DNA from: Escherichia phage vB_EcoS-569R6
Reading direction: 5' to 3' (one strand)
Sequence record: ON470600
DNA length: 11,121 bases
A program made the translations under genes and the position numbers. This document shows, one piece after another, positions 1-6,482 of this stretch (the stretch's first letter is position 1; every line of letters begins with the position of its first letter). The notes beneath the pieces were generated by a model, which saw nothing but the letters and a program-made list of their open reading frames with translations, was not told the origin of the DNA and did no database searches.

Positions 1-249
1 CAGCGACAGCACGGCATGCCAGGTTCCTGCGGCCATCTCCAGCACCGTACAGGTTTCCCCTATCTGATCCGTCACTTCTGCCAGTGCACGCCGCATTTCA
101 CGGGATGCAGCAGCGGACTGCCGGCCTCCGTTCTGCATGGTACGGTAGTAATCCTGCCCCATACGCGAAGCCCGGGAGATCTCTGACTGGAATGACCGGG
201 AATTTGCCGAGATTTTAATAATCAGTTCACGTAATGTCGCCACACTCAT
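1..249 (-). CDS. Tail tape measure protein, N-terminal fragment (continues beyond window start)
   Basis: Minus-strand frame is open from ATG at 249..247 to base 1 with no stop; GGAG lies 1 nt upstream of the ATG (cgtccGGAGaATG). Position directly after the G/T chaperone pair matches the conserved siphovirus order. N-terminal residues MSVATLRELIIKISANSRSF... are hydrophilic and helical-looking, as expected for a tape measure start. Not in the ORF track because it is truncated. Confidence 0.55.
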   Translation of the reverse strand, partial: MSVATLRELIIKISANSRSFQSEISRASRMGQDYYRTMQNGGRQSAAASREMRRALAEVTDQIGETCTVLEMAAGTWHAVLSL

Positions 250-259
250 TCTCCGGACG

Positions 260-281
260 AAAAAAAACCGCCGAAGCGGTT
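260..281 (-). terminator. Intrinsic terminator-like hairpin plus U-tract between the T-frame stop and the tape measure start
   Basis: On the minus strand: AACCGC-TTCG-GCGGTT (6-bp stem, UUCG tetraloop; plus 266..281) followed by 8 T (plus 260..267), then the GGAG RBS and ATG at 249. Confidence 0.5.
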
Positions 282-289
282 ATGTTGAC

Positions 290-580
290 TCACTGAGACA
301 CTATTAAAAGCGCGTTTTCCAGTCCGGCAAATGGATCTGATACGCCTTCTGTCTGCTCCTTCTCCCACTGAAGAAGCGCATCATTCAGTGGCACTTTGAC
401 CCCCTGCGCACCGTAAACAGCTGAAACAATCTGGGCAGCCCGGATATCAGCCCGTTCGTCCCCCAGCGGGCTGAACCTGTCAAATTCTGCCCACATCATG
501 ATTTCTGATGCGGACATTTCCCGGCGTAACTCTGACAATGTGCGCCCCATCCTGAGCGCCAGCATCATCAGAAAACGCAT
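290..580 (-). CDS. Tail assembly protein, T-frame segment; probably made only as a G-T fusion by -1 frameshifting (fusion would span 290..978)
   Basis: The ORF lies in the -1 frame relative to the upstream chaperone ORF. In this frame the nearest upstream stop (TAA at 604..602) sits exactly at the slippery heptamer, so the frame opens at the shift site and reads KKVALPG-MRFLMM... without interruption. No convincing SD precedes its own ATG at 580. Confidence 0.65.
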   Translation of the reverse strand: MRFLMMLALRMGRTLSELRREMSASEIMMWAEFDRFSPLGDERADIRAAQIVSAVYGAQGVKVPLNDALLQWEKEQTEGVSDPFAGLENALLIVSQ

Positions 581-591
581 CCCCGGAAGCG

Positions 592-978
592 CTACTTTTT
601 TTTAACCTCGCCGGCATCACTGATCAGTTCCAGAGACTGCCGAAGAAGCCGCGCATGCACCGGGCCATACACGGCAATCACCTGTTCACGATCATCCTCT
701 GAAAATACGGGTTGCAGTCCGGTATCACACAGAACATCAATGAACAGTTCAACATCTGCCTCCAGATTTCGGCGGGCGCGCTCCGCAACGGATAACGGTG
801 TCTCATCATCTTTTGCTTTAACGATCTCCTGCCAGCGCAACCAGGCTTCTGCAGAAGGTTCCCGTAACACAACCGTTGCTCCCTCCCATTCAGGCACATC
901 AACGGTTTTATGGCGAAACCCCGACATCGTTGCCAGTGCCAGATTACGGATATTTTTAGTCATCACATCCATCCTCAT
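592..978 (-). CDS. Tail assembly chaperone (lambda gpG-like)
   Basis: 128-aa acidic ORF directly after the major tail gene; its ATG (978..976) overlaps the major tail stop (TAATG). It ends ...GEVKKK-TAG with the slippery run A_AAA_AAG at its 3' end. An alternative internal start at ATG 963 (preceded by AGGATGG) cannot be excluded. Confidence 0.7.
   Translation of the reverse strand: MRMDVMTKNIRNLALATMSGFRHKTVDVPEWEGATVVLREPSAEAWLRWQEIVKAKDDETPLSVAERARRNLEADVELFIDVLCDTGLQPVFSEDDREQVIAVYGPVHARLLRQSLELISDAGEVKKK
595..601 (-). promoter_or_regulatory. -1 programmed ribosomal frameshift slippery heptamer A_AAA_AAG
   Basis: Minus strand reads G GTT AAA AAA AAG TAG in the chaperone frame. A_AAA_AAG is the classic bacterial -1 slippery motif (as in dnaX and lambda G/T), placed just before the G stop, and the -1 frame continues into ORF 290..580. 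Confidence 0.7.
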
Positions 979-1682
979 TAACTGACGGTTACAGTGCAGG
1001 AAGTGGAGGTCACTTTGTTAACCGGGCTTGCTGAATCAGAAATCTCGCAGGTATATGCACCCGCATCACCGGATACTGCCGATGCCTTACTGAACGTTGC
1101 CGCCGTCTGTCCGGAAACAGGAGAACCACCTTTCTTCCAGACATAAGAATAAGGCGGCACACCACCCGCAGCCTCAACCGCCATTTCAAGTTTCGCTCCG
1201 GAAGCAACCCGCAGCGTGCTTTTTAAATCGGCCTTCACTTTCAGCGGCTCTGTCGTCAGCACAGGTTTACCTTTCAGGCGCAAGGAAAACGTTGCAGCCA
1301 CAACACCATTGGTTCCTGCAGACCAGGTATGCTGACGCACCTCTGCCATAAAGGTAAATCCGTTGCCTGACGGAAAAATAACTTTAAAGCCATACGTGGT
1401 GTCATTGTCATAGGCACTGCGCAACGCGTTCTGGGCAGCATTCAGATAAAAGTTGCCTGACATGGAAATCTCTGACGCGGCACCAAGACCGTTAATATTT
1501 TCCTGCTCAACAGAACACAGCGTGGTGACATCAATATCCTGCTTTTGTCCTGCGGTAAACTGCACCTCTTTGATTGTACAGCTCAGGCCAAGATAGCTGG
1601 CAGAATCCAGGGTTTCTGCTGTTACCGGTGCAGACGAAATCATAATTTTCGTCAGTTGCGAACGCTCAAAATTAGAGGACAT
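978..1682 (-). CDS. Major tail (tail tube) protein with C-terminal Ig-like domain
   Basis: 234-aa ORF with GGAG 6 nt upstream of ATG 1682. The C-terminal ~90 aa (VPPYSYVWKKGG...AGAYTCEISD...TVTVS) looks like an Ig-like (I-set/Big_2) domain, as on lambda gpV-type tube proteins. Position upstream of the G/T chaperone pair fits. Confidence 0.8.
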   Translation of the reverse strand: MSSNFERSQLTKIMISSAPVTAETLDSASYLGLSCTIKEVQFTAGQKQDIDVTTLCSVEQENINGLGAASEISMSGNFYLNAAQNALRSAYDNDTTYGFKVIFPSGNGFTFMAEVRQHTWSAGTNGVVAATFSLRLKGKPVLTTEPLKVKADLKSTLRVASGAKLEMAVEAAGGVPPYSYVWKKGGSPVSGQTAATFSKASAVSGDAGAYTCEISDSASPVNKVTSTSCTVTVS

Positions 1683-1694
1683 ACTCGTCTCCTG

Positions 1695-1721
1695 AAAATA
1701 AAAAAACCCGCCAGCGGCGGG
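1695..1721 (-). terminator. Intrinsic terminator-like hairpin plus U-tract immediately upstream of the major tail gene
   Basis: On the minus strand: CCCGCC-GCU-GGCGGG stem-loop (plus 1707..1721) followed by TTTTTTTATTTT (plus 1695..1706), running straight into the GGAG RBS and ATG 1682. Confidence 0.55.
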
Positions 1722-1742
1722 TGGGTAAAATCATTAATGACC

Positions 1743-2101
1743 TCAGGCNNNNNNNNNNNNNNNNNNNCCTGAAATTCAAGCGTGGCTCTGCTCAGACGGG
1801 AGTCAGGATCATAACCCTGCGTTTTAGAAATAACGGAGGGTGCCAGTTTTCTTACCGCATCAAGCGCCTGCTCACGAATATTATCTGCGTCATCAGGTAC
1901 TGTCGCCCAGACATCGATCTGCACGGTAATTCTGGATTCAGCCTGCCCATCAAGCACATCAGATGCCGTGTCAGACACCACAGAAAACACCAGCCACGGC
2001 GGAGATACCGCAGGCTTTCCCTCCGTCAGTGGGACCACATAAGGATAAACCTGTCCTCCGGCCAGCTGAGACAACAGGGAATACAGTGTGGCCTCTCTCA
2101 T
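1743..2101 (-). CDS. DUF3168-type head-tail joining / tail terminator protein; 3' end uncertain because of the N-run
   Basis: ATG at 2101 overlaps the stop of the upstream gene (ATGA). The N-terminal 111 aa (…VYPYVVPLTEGKPAVSPPWLVFSVVSD…RITVQIDVWA…) fit the DUF3168 pattern as I recall it. The 19-nt N-run (1749..1767) is not a multiple of 3, so the reading frame and true stop are unknown; the ORF-track tail after the Xs is probably artefactual. TGA at 1745..1743 is one possible stop. Confidence 0.55.
1749..1767. other. Run of 19 N (assembly gap or masked bases)
   Basis: Literal n characters in the sequence; they interrupt the 3' end of the DUF3168-like gene. Confidence 0.95.
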
Positions 2102-2544
2102 TTACTTAAGACCTCATCAATAGCCTGATTCATTCGCTGTATGGCAATCCGTGCTGCCAGTTCCTCTGTCGTATCGAAAGCCGGGCGAATGAATGGATGC
2201 GCGGGCATGTTTATCGTTCCCAGCTCCACAAAGCGCCAGTAAAATGCATTTCGGGGATCGCTGGCTTTCATGCTGTTATCACTGTTTCCGGTTCGCAGGT
2301 TCCGTCCGCGAATGTGGACACCCGAGATAATTTCCCCCCGACGCTTTGAACGCTGAGTGAGAACAACCACATTTTTCTTCAGTTTCCCGGTTCGCTCCGG
2401 CGCACGTTCAACAACTGCATCCCGCATAACTTCAGCACCGGCACGGGTGGCATCGCGCAGAACCTTATTGTTTTCTGCCCTGCTGAGCGTCTCCAAATCC
2501 CGTGCAATATCCGCCAGGCCGGAAAAATCAAGACTGAAATCCAT
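2098..2544 (-). CDS. HK97 gp10-family head-tail joining protein
   Basis: The ORF-track start at 2547 is GTG; the next codon (2544..2542) is ATG and overlaps the upstream stop (TGATG), so I call the ATG. The motif ...WRFVELGT...AHPFIRPA... matches my recollection of the HK97_gp10 family signature (EFGT...PF.RPA). Confidence 0.7.
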   Translation of the reverse strand: MDFSLDFSGLADIARDLETLSRAENNKVLRDATRAGAEVMRDAVVERAPERTGKLKKNVVVLTQRSKRRGEIISGVHIRGRNLRTGNSDNSMKASDPRNAFYWRFVELGTINMPAHPFIRPAFDTTEELAARIAIQRMNQAIDEVLSK

Positions 2545-2882
2545 CACACATTCCCCTTCAGGCTGCAGAGTATTTCAAGCCGGGTAGCGCGTGCATCCGG
2601 TATTGGTGGACCTTCTATACCCAGAATGGCCCCTTTAAATGCACCGGTCAGCACTTTCAGACGTGAAGTCGCTGTCACATCGCGCCGGAATCTCATCCAG
2701 ACTCTGACCGTAGCCTGAGCGGTTTCTGCTCCGCCTGAGATTATCTCCCTCCCGCTGATACCCTTAACTTCTGCCCATACGGTAGCTCCCTCCGTCACCG
2801 TCTCCACCGGATGCCCTGACGGAGAGCGGGCGGTGGTGACATTCAGAATAATTACGCGATCACGTAATCTGCCCGCCTGCAT
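2544..2882 (-). CDS. Head-tail adaptor / head closure protein (Phage_H_T_join-like)
   Basis: 112-aa ORF with GGAGGAG just upstream of ATG 2882. The sequence MQAGRLRDRVIIL...TVWAEV...SGRE... resembles the conserved N-terminal pattern of head-tail joining proteins. Fits gene order. Confidence 0.7.
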   Translation of the reverse strand: MQAGRLRDRVIILNVTTARSPSGHPVETVTEGATVWAEVKGISGREIISGGAETAQATVRVWMRFRRDVTATSRLKVLTGAFKGAILGIEGPPIPDARATRLEILCSLKGNV

Positions 2883-2890
2883 GTCTCCTC

Positions 2891-3208
2891 CTACAAAGGA
2901 ATAAAACGATAAGGCTCCAGCAGAGAAGAAAAACCAAACGGGACTGGTGCCTTGCTGACATCTGAGGAATTTTCCCGGTTTTCGTACCAGTGCCCGACCA
3001 GCAACATGAGCGCCAGCAAAACATCATCAGCTATAAGCACCCCTTCAGGATCACCTTCCGGCACCGTCTCCTCATAAAGCTTACGGTTGATAAAATTTTC
3101 TGCCTTGCGGCAGGCAGCCCGGAAATACAGCATCAGTAACTCATCATCAGTTGCATCATCTGTATCAATACGGCACTGCGCCCTGAGTTTTTCCACTATT
3201 GCTGCCAT
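2891..3208 (-). CDS. Head-tail connector protein (gp6-like)
   Basis: The ORF-track ORF (2891..3388) overlaps the capsid gene 3' end in another frame. The plausible start is the internal ATG at 3208 (MAAIVEKLRAQ...), preceded by GGAG (ggcaGGAGtttctgATG) and lying downstream of the capsid terminator. Acidic helical protein of about 105 aa, typical of gp6-like connectors. Confidence 0.65.
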   Translation of the reverse strand: MAAIVEKLRAQCRIDTDDATDDELLMLYFRAACRKAENFINRKLYEETVPEGDPEGVLIADDVLLALMLLVGHWYENRENSSDVSKAPVPFGFSSLLEPYRFIPL

Positions 3209-3241
3209 CAGAAACTCCTGCCCGCAACACTGTGCGGGCAT

Positions 3242-3263
3242 AAAAAAACCGCGTCGGCGCGGT
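3242..3263 (-). terminator. Intrinsic terminator downstream of the major capsid gene
   Basis: On the minus strand: ACCGCG-CCGA-CGCGGU (6-bp GC-rich stem, plus 3248..3263) followed by TTTTTTT (plus 3242..3248), about 20 nt after the capsid stop. A second hairpin, CCCGCA-CAGUGU-UGCGGG (plus 3221..3238), lies between it and the RBS of the next gene. Confidence 0.6.
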
Positions 3264-3284
3264 CTGTAACTGAACAACGAGTGG

Positions 3285-4502
3285 TTATTTGCCAGTGAGC
3301 GCCTTGATGGCTGCCACATCTTCCAGCACACAGTCAAAACGATGGAAAGCCAGAAATGCCACCTGATCAAACTCAGCATAACGCTCAACCAGACGTTTCA
3401 GTTCCATATAAGTAACGCGGCGAATGATAAAGCGGTTGAAATCCCCCAGGAAAATGAATTTTTTTCCGGTACCAATCCCGTCAATAGCCTGATCAATAAC
3501 ATAAGGGATCCCCAGCACAGTAGCCGGCGTACCGCCTGCAATATCCGGCAGCCATAACGGGCGTTTCTGTCCATCCTCCATCTCTTCAATAGTCTGCAAT
3601 GTGGCATCATTGAATGCCCAGCGGTATTTCGGCCCACCACGATATGCCGGATCAATGGCATGTTTCAGGGCATTCATTTCTTTCCAGGTGAAAGCGGCAG
3701 AGGCTACAGTCTGGATGGTTCCCGTCACCGACGCTGCCAGCCCTTTTGGCTGTAACGGTGATCCCGTTCCGGTCCCCTGAACCAGATATTTTGCCTCTCC
3801 ACGACCAATACGCTGGGCAATACGGTTTGCCAGATAAGATTCAATATCCACCCCACTGTCCTGGAGCAGCTCATTGGACACACGAATTATTTTTGATGAC
3901 AGCTTTTTAGCCCCCAGAATAGCGGTCCCGAACGTCACATCCTGTTCCGTTGCGGCTGTATTTTCCGCCAGCAGTTCGCCCTCTTCAGTCGTGCCATCAG
4001 ACGTTGACCAGGTGATATCCTGCCCGGTTGATGTGGTCAGAAGTTGCGCCACACTGGCAATCCCGCCATAAGCCTTCATGGTGTCAATGATTTTGTTACG
4101 CATCTGCGTGGGCACCGTATATCCGCCCTGAGAATCCGTTGTTACACTCTGAGCCCGCAGTTCACGCATCAGATTACGCTCTTCAGCATTCAGTTCTGCA
4201 AATCCGGCACGCAGAAAACGGTTAAATGCCGCAGCGCGCTTCTCTTCCACCGCCTTTTTCCCGTTCTCCGCCTCATTATTCTGGCGCTCTTCCGGCCCGG
4301 ACTCATCCACATATGCCTGATCCTGACGGCGCAACTCTTCTTCACGGGCGATTTGCTCATCCAGCGCATCCAGCTCAGCTTTCGCCCTGTTCCACTCTGC
4401 CCGTTGCTCATCAGTCCATGCGTTATCACCAATTTTTTCATGCAGTGCACGCATATCCTTTGCAATGGTGTTTCGTTTTTGCTTCATCTCATGAAGTTTC
4501 AT
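3285..4502 (-). CDS. Major capsid protein, HK97 fold, with N-terminal coiled-coil delta (scaffold-like) domain
   Basis: 405-aa ORF directly after the prohead protease. The N-terminal ~110 aa are charged and coiled-coil-like (…AKAELDALDEQIAREEELRRQDQ…), and there is no separate scaffold gene between protease and capsid, which is the HK97 arrangement. AAGGAT precedes ATG 4502. Confidence 0.9.
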   Translation of the reverse strand: MKLHEMKQKRNTIAKDMRALHEKIGDNAWTDEQRAEWNRAKAELDALDEQIAREEELRRQDQAYVDESGPEERQNNEAENGKKAVEEKRAAAFNRFLRAGFAELNAEERNLMRELRAQSVTTDSQGGYTVPTQMRNKIIDTMKAYGGIASVAQLLTTSTGQDITWSTSDGTTEEGELLAENTAATEQDVTFGTAILGAKKLSSKIIRVSNELLQDSGVDIESYLANRIAQRIGRGEAKYLVQGTGTGSPLQPKGLAASVTGTIQTVASAAFTWKEMNALKHAIDPAYRGGPKYRWAFNDATLQTIEEMEDGQKRPLWLPDIAGGTPATVLGIPYVIDQAIDGIGTGKKFIFLGDFNRFIIRRVTYMELKRLVERYAEFDQVAFLAFHRFDCVLEDVAAIKALTGK

Positions 4503-4516
4503 CGTCAGTAGTATCC

Positions 4517-5116
4517 TTATGCATTAAGAAGGGTCAAAAGACGCTCACGCGCCATTCGTTCGTTAACAGCTTTCTTCAGCGCACCACTCGCCCGCGCTTC
4601 CTGCCAGGCTTTCATTGAGCGGACACCAGAGTCTGCGTCCTGATAGGCCGGATATGTCACCGGGCTGACGTCATACAGACGAGAAATGCGCGTGATTTCC
4701 CGGATAACAATCCCCTCGTCGTCTTCATACCAGCTCTCTCCGTCACGGGCGACACGAAACGCGAACGAGGACTGATTAATGTCACCACGCAACATTGGAG
4801 ATAGCACCAGGTCACAAATAGTCGGAGTATCCGGTGCAACAATGTCATAACGTAAACCGCGTTCATCCACCGACAATGACAACGTGCCGGCAGAACTTCG
4901 TCCGAGAATGAAATTAGGATCATGATTAAACAAGCCACGTACATCATCATTCAGTACATCATCAAAAGCCCCCGGCTTGATGATTTCACGAAATCCCCAC
5001 AGAGGTTCTGAACGACTGTTAAATACCGAGCCATAGCCCAGAATGTGGGTCGGGGCATTATCATATTGTTCCGCCCGCACCTCCCCGCTGTAACAGCGCG
5101 TTTCACGGTCATTCAT
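4517..5116 (-). CDS. Prohead maturation protease (HK97 family)
   Basis: 199-aa ORF between portal and capsid; the start overlaps the portal 3' end by 8 nt; GAGGA about 9 nt upstream of the ATG. Sequence features (…HDPNFILGRSSAGTLSL…) and position match HK97-type prohead proteases. Confidence 0.85.
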   Translation of the reverse strand: MNDRETRCYSGEVRAEQYDNAPTHILGYGSVFNSRSEPLWGFREIIKPGAFDDVLNDDVRGLFNHDPNFILGRSSAGTLSLSVDERGLRYDIVAPDTPTICDLVLSPMLRGDINQSSFAFRVARDGESWYEDDEGIVIREITRISRLYDVSPVTYPAYQDADSGVRSMKAWQEARASGALKKAVNERMARERLLTLLNA

Positions 5117-6335
5117 CGTTCTTTTCCTCTTTGCCTTTCGTATCTTTAAAGTTATTCAACGGATTTGCTGCATTTACGCTGACCAGCATTTCATCCAGAC
5201 CGTCAACCGGGTTCATATCCTCAAATGCCCTGGCTTCATTCCGACTCATCCAGCCATCTGTAATGGCAAAGTGATAGAACTGCGCACGCTCCTGTGGGGT
5301 CCCACGGAGCAACCCCGTGAGGTTGAAACGAACGTAATACCCGGCAGCCCGTTCTGTACGGGTAAACAGGCGACGGTTAAGCTCCTGCTCCCAGTTCGCA
5401 ACCCAGGGCATCATCGTGTAGCGAACAAACTGAATCGCCTGCTGCGTAATATTCGAAAATGTGGCTTTTTCCAGGTCATTAATCATGTGCGCCGGGACAT
5501 TAAAAATCCCGGCAATCATCGACCGGTTCAGCTTGGTCATATCAATGATCTGAGCATCCACCGGAGAAACTGTCAGAGCGCGGTAATCCAGTTGCGCAGG
5601 CAGCAACATGGTTTTATTTTCCTGGCTGCGAAGCGCTGTCACCGCCCGCTGCCACATATTCTTGAGCCTGCTCCAACTCTGTTCGTTCAGTTCATTTTTC
5701 ACAGAAATAATCCCGGCAGGACGGGCATTACCGTTAAAAAAAGCACTGGTATACTGCTGACCACTCATTCCCATACCAATGGTTTCAGCATGCTGCATGA
5801 TCGGACTCAGTCCCATTTTCTGATTGTTTCCCAGCGCCCTGATATGGATCATGTCGTCCGGACTTACCGCAAATGCACCCTCTTCGTTATACACACCGTA
5901 GGTATGACGCCCTCCGGTGTTAAGTAACGTGGTTTCCCATGGCATACAGCATTCAAGACTGGTAACCTCGCCACGACGATTACGTTTCACCCACGTATAA
6001 CCATTGCCCCACCCCAGCACATGACGCTGCTTCAGTTCCCGCCACTTATAGCTGGTCTGCCAGGCATTCGGTTCATCATGAACGAGCCAGAACAACGGGT
6101 GATCGCGTGCCGGCTGAACATGCTCATTCGTTTTTCGCATCACATGCAGGGGCATCTGAGCCACACTGGATGAAATAACATAAATACAGGCATAGACAGC
6201 AGCCAGCCTCATGGACGTTTCCGGACTGACATACACATCCCGGGCAAAAATATTATCCGTCTCTGCGGCCTCTCCGGTTACCGGAACCGAGGGATTTTCC
6301 AGAGGCTCACTGCGAAACAGAGCATCAAGAAGCAT
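5109..6335 (-). CDS. Portal protein (HK97 family)
   Basis: 408-aa ORF downstream of the large terminase with AGGAGA 5 nt upstream of ATG 6335. Size and position are typical of portal proteins. Confidence 0.9.
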   Translation of the reverse strand: MLLDALFRSEPLENPSVPVTGEAAETDNIFARDVYVSPETSMRLAAVYACIYVISSSVAQMPLHVMRKTNEHVQPARDHPLFWLVHDEPNAWQTSYKWRELKQRHVLGWGNGYTWVKRNRRGEVTSLECCMPWETTLLNTGGRHTYGVYNEEGAFAVSPDDMIHIRALGNNQKMGLSPIMQHAETIGMGMSGQQYTSAFFNGNARPAGIISVKNELNEQSWSRLKNMWQRAVTALRSQENKTMLLPAQLDYRALTVSPVDAQIIDMTKLNRSMIAGIFNVPAHMINDLEKATFSNITQQAIQFVRYTMMPWVANWEQELNRRLFTRTERAAGYYVRFNLTGLLRGTPQERAQFYHFAITDGWMSRNEARAFEDMNPVDGLDEMLVSVNAANPLNNFKDTKGKEEKNDE

Positions 6336-6465
6336 GTTTTCTCCTCATGGACACCACCAGTGCATAAAGCAGCAACAAACAGCCAGACAGCATCAGAGAC
6401 GCTGGCAGACCTGCATACAGATAAACGCCAGCAGTGAGCAGACCGAAACCGATCAGCCCGGTCAT
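6325..6465 (-). CDS. Hypothetical small hydrophobic protein (46 aa) between large terminase and portal
   Basis: Read by hand: ATG 6465..6463 to TGA 6327..6325 gives MTGLIGFGLLTAGVYLYAGLPASLMLSGCLLLLYALVVSMRRKHAS, a single predicted TM helix with a basic C-terminus. It overlaps the portal start by 11 nt and contains the portal SD. No obvious SD of its own. Absent from the ORF track, apparently for length. Confidence 0.3.
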   Translation of the reverse strand: MTGLIGFGLLTAGVYLYAGLPASLMLSGCLLLLYALVVSMRRKHAS

Positions 6466-6482
6466 ATCAGTAATAAGCTGTT

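Noticed and set aside
1652-1748. C-terminal 31 residues of the DUF3168-like ORF as translated across the N-run (PEVINDFTHPPLAGFFIFRRRVCPLILSVRN)
   Set aside because: The N-run is 19 nt, not a multiple of 3, so the frame after it is arbitrary. This stretch actually covers the terminator hairpin, U-tract and RBS of the major tail gene and should not be read as protein.
2891-3388. Full 165-aa ORF for the connector gene
   Set aside because: Its first 60 codons overlap the major capsid 3' end and terminator hairpins and encode an implausible Trp/Cys-rich peptide. The internal ATG at 3208 with GGAG is the credible start.
5271-5927. 218-aa plus-strand ORF, along with other plus-strand ORFs at 6211..6690, 6900..7502, 7678..8055, 8004..8435 and 4044..4511
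   Set aside because: All lie antisense to well-supported structural or terminase genes, and their translations are low-complexity and Arg/His/Ser-rich with no recognisable domains. They are typical shadow ORFs of a GC-balanced coding strand.
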